Shown: positions 38,395 through 44,559 of the stretch, piece by piece | Numbering within the stretch: the stretch's first letter is position 1 | Layout of the letters: each line of letters opens with the position of its first letter | IMG/VR virus record: IMGVR_UViG_3300020185_004010 | Location: 8,764-72,763 of that record | From: a virus | Length of the DNA stretch: 64,000 nt | Reading direction: 5' to 3' (one strand) | Made by a program: the position numbers and the translations under genes | The notes under the pieces: generated by a model | Seen by the model: the letters and a program-made list of their open reading frames with translations, nothing else | Database searches by the model: none | What the model was told of the DNA's origin: nothing

Positions 38395-39003
38395 ATGAAT
38401 TTAATTTCTAAAGAAGAGTTTAAAAGACTAGACCTAAAAAAACAAAAAGAATTTTTAGACTATCTCATATATCTAAGGGGAGGTATAGATGAATATTTTT
38501 TCAAAAAATTAAACAAATCACAAAAGCAGGATTATATAGAAAACAGAATAAAATCTGCAGACTGGCTCGAGGATTATGAATTTACGATAATGTCTAACAA
38601 CCAAAAGCAAAGATATATATTTAGAAAAAGGTTTCTAACTAATTCTGAATTTTTGAAACTAAACGACACTCTTCAAGAGTATTATTTACAAATGGCATCA
38701 TATATTAAACTTCAATTAAATGATAGTGAATTTAATATATTAAGCCCAAAAATGAAATCTTTATATTGCAACTTCACCTTTGAATTCCCTCTAGTTTTAG
38801 ATGTTGAAAAAGTTAAGTTCTTAAATAAGAATAATCAAAAAAGGTATATAGAAAAACAAATTGAAAGAGGAGTTTCTTTTTCTGAAAAACAATATAGAGT
38901 TTTACCCCCATTAGCTAAAAAAGAATATGATAAACTAAAAAAGTCTAACCTCAATGAAATTAGACTTTTTGTTAGAAATTTTTTATCAAAAAACTTACAC
39001 TAA
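38395..39003 (+). CDS. Hypothetical helical-repeat protein (about 7 units of about 27 aa)
   Basis: Repeating (L/I)xxxEFxxL xxxQKxxY(I/L) units. Preceded on the plus strand by TATTTATA (38384-38391). Confidence 0.7.
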   Translation: MNLISKEEFKRLDLKKQKEFLDYLIYLRGGIDEYFFKKLNKSQKQDYIENRIKSADWLEDYEFTIMSNNQKQRYIFRKRFLTNSEFLKLNDTLQEYYLQMASYIKLQLNDSEFNILSPKMKSLYCNFTFEFPLVLDVEKVKFLNKNNQKRYIEKQIERGVSFSEKQYRVLPPLAKKEYDKLKKSNLNEIRLFVRNFLSKNLH

Positions 39004-39299
39004 GAATAGTCGCTTTGATTGTCTTCTCTCTGCTTTAAGATACTAGACCTTAACTCAACACATAACTTTCTTATTTCATTTAGATTGTTTCTTGCATCTA
39101 TTGAAGCGTCTACAGTTCCTTTAAACATAAACTTATATAACCTAGGCTCAGTTTTTTCTATTAAAAATTTTATTTTTTGAAAAATTTCATCAATATTATA
39201 GTCATCATCTTCAACATTTTTATTGTCTAAAGAATTTGAAACTTTTTTTAATCCTAACCTTTTATCTCTTATTTGTTTTTTTAAATCATCGTAACCCAT
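39000..39299 (-). CDS. Histone H1-like (Hc1-type) small helical DNA-binding protein, putative
   Basis: FQKIKFLIEKTEPRLYKFMFKGTVDASIDARNNLNEIRKLCVELRSSI matches the pattern of the Bacteroidota/phage Hc1-like family (KF..KG...A...AR..L.E...L..ELR) as I recall it. Confidence 0.5.
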   Translation of the reverse strand: MGYDDLKKQIRDKRLGLKKVSNSLDNKNVEDDDYNIDEIFQKIKFLIEKTEPRLYKFMFKGTVDASIDARNNLNEIRKLCVELRSSILKQREDNQSDYS

Positions 39300-39316
39300 A
39301 AAATAATTTTTAATAA

Positions 39317-41155
39317 TTAATTTTCAGACTCTATGTCATTTCCTTCATTGAGCAAATCGTTGCCCTCATCATCCAACCCTGTCTTCTCGTCTATACTATT
39401 TAATTTAATTGTTATTGAATCCATTAAACTTTTGGTTTTAGTATTTAAATTTTTATTTTTTCTATTTAAAACATCTGGCCTAACTCCTTCGCTCTCATCA
39501 ATTACATCTAAATTAATTTTTTTAACATCTTGTTCTTGGAATAAAACATTTTCTGCCAACGGCTCATCTACAGCAGGCTCGTCTGCAGCAGGCTCATCTA
39601 CAGCAGGCTCATCGTTGCTTTCAAAATCCTCAGAGCCAGTATCGCTTGGGGCAACATCGCTTGACCCTTCCTCTCTTGCTTTAAATTTCTCATCAATATC
39701 TGAAAAGAGTCCTGTTTGCATATACTCTTCTGGTGCGGTCTCTATCTCTGAGAACATTTTTTTCTCTACTTTTTTCTGTCTTAATATTTGTTTTATTTCC
39801 GCTTTGGAGAATCCCATAACATACTCCATGGCCCAAGTATAAGATACTGGTGAAGTTGGTTCTGCAGTATACATTTCCTTAAAAACTTCAAGCCTAGCTT
39901 TCATAGTTTCCAGCTTCAATAACTCTTGTTGTGTAGATGGGTTGGTTAATTTTAAATCAAAATTATCCATGTCATCCTCAAATCCTAATAGAAATAAATG
40001 GACGTTTGCAATTCTTCTAAGCTCAATTATTACATTTTCTTGTATTCTGTTTATAGTTCTACTAAACCTCAAATCAGCCTGAGACAAAGCTGAACCGCCA
40101 GGCATAGATTCTGCATAATTCAAATAAGGCTTTGGCACTTTTAATGCTGCAAAAAGTTTATTTTGCAAATATTCAACATCTTGTATTTCACCCAAATTAG
40201 AAGCTCCTGGAAGTGTTTCTATTCTTGAAGACTTATCTCCTCTTATAGGAAGGAAATAATCCTCCTCCATTGTCAGTGGATTATACTTCAAATTCATTTG
40301 ACCTGTCTTTTGGTCTACAATGGGGGATTTTTTCAGCTCTCTTTTTATTCTTTCTACATATTGTTGAACATCTGCAGACTCTAGGTTACCAACTTCAATA
40401 TAATGAACCCTTCTTTCTGGGGCTCTAATAATTCTATATACCAACATAGCATCTTCAGCTAATTGAAGCTGTTTCCACAACTTTCTAGCTGGGTCTAATA
40501 CACTTCTGCCATATGGCAATTTAGTACCGTCAGAAACTAATCTAAAGTGAGCTATTTGGAATTCTTCAAAATACATATTGTTGATGTCCCACTTAAATCT
40601 AGAAGAGTTTACATTTCCGTCAAATGCTTCCTCTCTGTGAATTTCTGCTACTGGCAACATTCTTACGTCATAAATACCTTCTTGCTGGTCTATTTCTAGT
40701 TTTGCAAAAGCATCTCCAAACTTAATCATCTCTCTAATCCAGAAAGTTAAATTATATTCTATATTTAACCTACTGTGAAACAAATCTTTTAATACAGTTT
40801 TTATTCTGTCGTTTTCAGAATATATTGATAATATATCCCCTCTCTCATCTCTGGTAACTGTTTCATCTGTTATTATGTCTAATGCAGCAGATACTTCTGG
40901 GGACATGTCCATAGCTCTGTAGTCATTATAAGCTCCCAGTCTATCGGTGTCATAATAAACGCTCCTAGAATATATGTCTTGAGCAATCTTTTGAGATTGA
41001 ACATCCAGGAAGTCTTGTTGCCTCTGTTGTATTGGGGTTGATTTAGGGCTAGCCATATTGCCAGAAAGAACTTGTTTTTCTTGTGGCAAAGGCCTAGAAG
41101 TTCTTCCCCTTTTTAGTCTGTCCAATAAATTTATAAATATACTATCTTCTGCCAT
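39317..41155 (-). CDS. Portal protein (T4 gp20-like)
   Basis: PEVSAALDII, LAEDAMLVYRIIRAPERRVHYIEVGNL, EDYFLPIRG..SRIETLPGASNLGEIQDVEYLQNKLFAALKVPK. Confidence 0.95.
   Translation of the reverse strand: MAEDSIFINLLDRLKRGRTSRPLPQEKQVLSGNMASPKSTPIQQRQQDFLDVQSQKIAQDIYSRSVYYDTDRLGAYNDYRAMDMSPEVSAALDIITDETVTRDERGDILSIYSENDRIKTVLKDLFHSRLNIEYNLTFWIREMIKFGDAFAKLEIDQQEGIYDVRMLPVAEIHREEAFDGNVNSSRFKWDINNMYFEEFQIAHFRLVSDGTKLPYGRSVLDPARKLWKQLQLAEDAMLVYRIIRAPERRVHYIEVGNLESADVQQYVERIKRELKKSPIVDQKTGQMNLKYNPLTMEEDYFLPIRGDKSSRIETLPGASNLGEIQDVEYLQNKLFAALKVPKPYLNYAESMPGGSALSQADLRFSRTINRIQENVIIELRRIANVHLFLLGFEDDMDNFDLKLTNPSTQQELLKLETMKARLEVFKEMYTAEPTSPVSYTWAMEYVMGFSKAEIKQILRQKKVEKKMFSEIETAPEEYMQTGLFSDIDEKFKAREEGSSDVAPSDTGSEDFESNDEPAVDEPAADEPAVDEPLAENVLFQEQDVKKINLDVIDESEGVRPDVLNRKNKNLNTKTKSLMDSITIKLNSIDEKTGLDDEGNDLLNEGNDIESEN
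39561..39613. repeat. 15-nt tandem repeat (3.5 copies) encoding DEPA(V/A) in the portal C-terminal tail
   Basis: ggctcatctacagca / ggctcgtctgcagca / ggctcatctacagca / ggctcatc. Confidence 0.9.
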
Positions 41156-41166
41156 TTTTATTTTTA

Positions 41167-41859
41167 TTAATAAATATTAAGTTTTTCTTTTTTAAGCTCT
41201 GTAGAAGGGTTTTTATAACACCTTAAACTAACCGAATGAGGCATTCGACCATTAACTGCACTTACATTTAGAGAATCTTTTTTTTCTATAAGTAAATCTT
41301 TTTTATAAAATTCTAAAGCATTATTTAATTTAAAGTGAAAATTTTGAAAATTTAAATCACTTATTCCTCCAAGTGAAGATATGCATATTAACTTTCCTTT
41401 GCTTGTTAATGCTTGTGATGCATAAGTCAATATATGTTCTAAATTTTTATGATAAGCAGCTTCATCTATAATGATAACATCAAACTTTGCCCCTCTTAAC
41501 TTGTAGTAATCTTGTATAATTTTAAAATAAGAACCTTCTAAATACAAATCTTTTCTATTAACTCTTAAATTATTTTCACAATAACCTCTCAATAAAAATC
41601 CTAATTTTTTTAAAAAATTTTCTGAAGAACTATCAAAACCAAAATAAGCTATACTTTTTCTATCATTTGAAAGTTTCATTAGTGAAGCTACATAATACAA
41701 AATAACAGTAGTTATGCCTGCCTGTCTTGGTTTGATTACAGAAACTACATAATTATTTATAATCGCATTTAGAATTGATTTTTGATTTAAATCAAAAACA
41801 GACTTTAAGCGATTTTTCTGACTCAAACAATCTTTTATTTTATTTAATGTGTTTGTCAT
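41167..41859 (-). CDS. Terminase large subunit ATPase-domain-only paralog
   Basis: Walker A-like VIKPRQAGITT, Walker B DVIIIDEAAY, KGKLICISS. No RNase H-like nuclease domain. 230 aa. Confidence 0.75.
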   Translation of the reverse strand: MTNTLNKIKDCLSQKNRLKSVFDLNQKSILNAIINNYVVSVIKPRQAGITTVILYYVASLMKLSNDRKSIAYFGFDSSSENFLKKLGFLLRGYCENNLRVNRKDLYLEGSYFKIIQDYYKLRGAKFDVIIIDEAAYHKNLEHILTYASQALTSKGKLICISSLGGISDLNFQNFHFKLNNALEFYKKDLLIEKKDSLNVSAVNGRMPHSVSLRCYKNPSTELKKEKLNIY

Positions 41860-41899
41860 TTTATGACAATAAAAGTCTTTTTTTTTAAAAGTAAATAGA

Positions 41900-43561
41900 C
41901 TATGCTTTTATAGGACCATAAAGCCATGAAGTGTCATTAAAATCATCATCATCATCCCAATTTTCTTTTTTAGAACCATCTAAACTTAATGAACTAACAT
42001 CCTTCTGACTAAAGCTTATCATGTCCAGCATCTCTTTTGTTTTCTTTTTATTCCAGAAAACAGATTCAAATTCTGTATCTCTAATTAATAAAGCAATAGC
42101 AAGTGCAAAAATTAAATCATCATTAAATCCATTCTCATGCTCTGCCTTGTCTCCTTTATATATAAAAGTTTCAAATTCAATAAGTAGTCTAAGAGAGTTT
42201 ATTTTAATTTCCATGTCTCTCATGTATTTGACTAAAGAACTCATAAGTAATGGCCTAGTCTTTACCGTAGTCTGAAACCCTGGTACATCAGTATCTTTGT
42301 CAACAACATAGTTATGAGTTCTATTGTATAGCTTAACTGCAGACTTAGATATGTACATTCTGTCTTTGGGGTATTTTAAGGTGTTTTTTAACATTAAAGT
42401 TGTGGCCAAACCAAAACTATTACACTCTATTGCCATGAATGCATTATTATATTCAGTCCCCACTTTATACAAAAGGTCTGCAAATACATCTGGTACTATT
42501 TTTCCTTGAAATTCACCAACTTGCTCCAAGCTATCAGCATCTATTATTTGAACTGTCGAAAAATCGGCACCATCTCCTCTACCAACATCACCGCCTATTA
42601 TATAGTTTCCGTCTTCTTTTGGTTTTTTCCAAATATGAAAAGATGTTACATAGTCGCAAAATCCACTATCTTTTTTCTTAAAGTCATAGTAACAAATTGG
42701 CTTCTTGTCACCTATGTCTTTAACATACTTTTGAATTATTGAACTATCTATTACAACGGCAGTAGAGCCTTCAAAAGACAAATCTAATTCTTGAGCAATT
42801 TTAACTGTATTATGATGCATCCTTTGACATTCACCCTCATACCAAGGGCTCCAAGGATATTGTTTGCCATCAGAATCTGTACGAGTTTCAAGCTCTTTAG
42901 ATAATATTGGATGCATTGACCAATGTAGTTTAATTGGTACAAAATTTCCTTTTCCTTTATTTGCTTGATTCCAAGTTTGATGATATAAATTTCCTGTACC
43001 TTTTGGTGTAGAAATCATAATGCACTTACCTTGAGTTGCTGCCAAAGCCAATCCAGCACCCATCCATATATCTTGAGCGTGCTCAATAAATGCAGTTTCA
43101 TCTAATATTAAGCAAGTTAAAGACTCACCTCTACCAGCCTGTTTACTACTAGCAACAGCCTTTACCCAAGAACCATTAGAAAAAGATATTTGCTTGGTAT
43201 TATTTATTAACGTTTCTTCTGGCAACATCCAATCTGGTAATCTGTCCAAAAACTGTTTAACGGTATTTAAAAATCTAACAGCACCATTACCACTGTCAGC
43301 AACTACCAATATTCTTTCATCAGGACAAAAAGTTAACCTCCAGGCGACATATAGTGCTGATATAACTGAAAGTCCCATCTGTCTAGATTTAAGTACTATT
43401 GAGTTTTGATTATCATTGAACTGATTAAGACAATCTTCTTGATAAGGAAAACATGTCATCTTTCCTATCTGCTGTTTCTCCATGTCAAAAACATATCCAT
43501 ATGTATTTGCAAAATGAACTGGGCTTTTTACACACTTAACATATTCTTCAATATAATTCAT
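41900..43561 (-). CDS. terL: Terminase large subunit
   Basis: VLKSRQMGLS, LILDETAF, MISTPKG, nuclease GGDVGRGDGADFS, IECNSFG, NDDLIFALAI. Confidence 0.95.
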   Translation of the reverse strand: MNYIEEYVKCVKSPVHFANTYGYVFDMEKQQIGKMTCFPYQEDCLNQFNDNQNSIVLKSRQMGLSVISALYVAWRLTFCPDERILVVADSGNGAVRFLNTVKQFLDRLPDWMLPEETLINNTKQISFSNGSWVKAVASSKQAGRGESLTCLILDETAFIEHAQDIWMGAGLALAATQGKCIMISTPKGTGNLYHQTWNQANKGKGNFVPIKLHWSMHPILSKELETRTDSDGKQYPWSPWYEGECQRMHHNTVKIAQELDLSFEGSTAVVIDSSIIQKYVKDIGDKKPICYYDFKKKDSGFCDYVTSFHIWKKPKEDGNYIIGGDVGRGDGADFSTVQIIDADSLEQVGEFQGKIVPDVFADLLYKVGTEYNNAFMAIECNSFGLATTLMLKNTLKYPKDRMYISKSAVKLYNRTHNYVVDKDTDVPGFQTTVKTRPLLMSSLVKYMRDMEIKINSLRLLIEFETFIYKGDKAEHENGFNDDLIFALAIALLIRDTEFESVFWNKKKTKEMLDMISFSQKDVSSLSLDGSKKENWDDDDDFNDTSWLYGPIKA

Positions 43562-43576
43562 AATAATGCTTATTAT

Positions 43577-43584
43577 TATAAATA
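43577..43584 (-). promoter_or_regulatory. Putative phage late-promoter motif TATTTAT[A/T] (representative copy upstream of terL, at least 16 copies in the window)
   Basis: Sense-strand copies at 235, 16374, 20415, 23637, 26397, 29138, 41169, 43577, 44542, 47371, 58162, 58750, 61247, 62015 (minus strand) and 33836, 38384 (plus strand). Confidence 0.65.
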
Positions 43585-43653
43585 CTAAGTAATTATTAAA
43601 ATACTACACAGGGTCTGAAAAGCATTTTTTGATTAATAAGACCGTGAAATGTG

Positions 43654-44181
43654 TTAGGCTGGGTAATTGTTCATATTCTTTAAAGTCTTAGGTTCTAATG
43701 TTACAGAAATTTGTTTTTTACAACCTTGTCTTCTGTAATAGAATATGGGCTCTTTTGGTATGCAAGATATTAAATTAATCCTTATCCTTTTTTTAAAATT
43801 TCTATTAATAACATAAACATGTATATCTTTAGATTTTTTATTAAAAATATTTTGCTCGTAGTATTTGTTTTTTTTGTTATAAAAGCTGTATATCCAATCA
43901 TTTATCTCAGAACCATTTGTAGAGCCATTGTTACTAATGATATGAAATTTATAATTGTGGTTCGTGTATATATCTGGTGCGTATGAAGAGTTTATTAATT
44001 TATTATACTCCATTGCAATTGCTAAAACTTGACTATTTATTTCTGAGTATGGGTCAAAATCAATAATAACATAACCATTCCAAAGGTCATCACTATTTAA
44101 ATCAAACCTTTCAGTCAATAAAACACTATTAGCATATAAATCTTTATATAAAGGAAATAAAGAAACATTAGAATCTTTCAT
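43654..44181 (-). CDS. Hypothetical protein, possibly a degenerate tail-tube-fold paralog
   Basis: INDWIYSF...SKDIHVYVINRN...RINLISCIPKE...ISVTLEP parallels the C-half of the tube gene (VMEWVR...KKNLVLKALD...WTMIGCFIT...VKINVQPD). Confidence 0.4.
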   Translation of the reverse strand: MKDSNVSLFPLYKDLYANSVLLTERFDLNSDDLWNGYVIIDFDPYSEINSQVLAIAMEYNKLINSSYAPDIYTNHNYKFHIISNNGSTNGSEINDWIYSFYNKKNKYYEQNIFNKKSKDIHVYVINRNFKKRIRINLISCIPKEPIFYYRRQGCKKQISVTLEPKTLKNMNNYPA

Positions 44182-44220
44182 TTACTAAAAATATATAATA
44201 ACAAAAAAAAGTAAATAAAA

Positions 44221-44538
44221 TTACAATCCTACATATATTGTTGGAGAAGGATTAATGTCAGATTCACTTTTTACAGAATATATTTCAGAAACATATACAA
44301 CACTAGTTGTAGTATTTTCTATATTCAACTGATAAATTCCTAAAGTAGATGCAGACCATGAAATTGAATAAATCCCTTCTGATGGACTTGAGAGAACAGA
44401 ATTAACAGTGACACCAGTATTTACAGCGCCATCAGTATAAACTGTTGAACTAAAAGTTGCTGGTGTAACTGGTGTGTTCGTTGTAGGATTAAACGACCTT
44501 ACCAATTCGTATACTGTTTGACCTGTTGTTATGTTCAT
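44221..44538 (-). CDS. Small Ig-like virion protein
   Basis: Beta-rich sequence with GIYSISWSASTLGIYQL, preceded by TATTTATA 3 nt before the ATG. Confidence 0.6.
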   Translation of the reverse strand: MNITTGQTVYELVRSFNPTTNTPVTPATFSSTVYTDGAVNTGVTVNSVLSSPSEGIYSISWSASTLGIYQLNIENTTTSVVYVSEIYSVKSESDINPSPTIYVGL

Positions 44539-44559
44539 GTATATAAATATTATATTTTT

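Noticed and set aside
311-43561. Inteins or introns in nrdA, helicase, dnaE or terL
   Set aside because: No large insertions, LAGLIDADG motifs or intein splice-junction motifs are visible. Protein lengths fit the uninterrupted families once the DnaE exonuclease fusion is counted.
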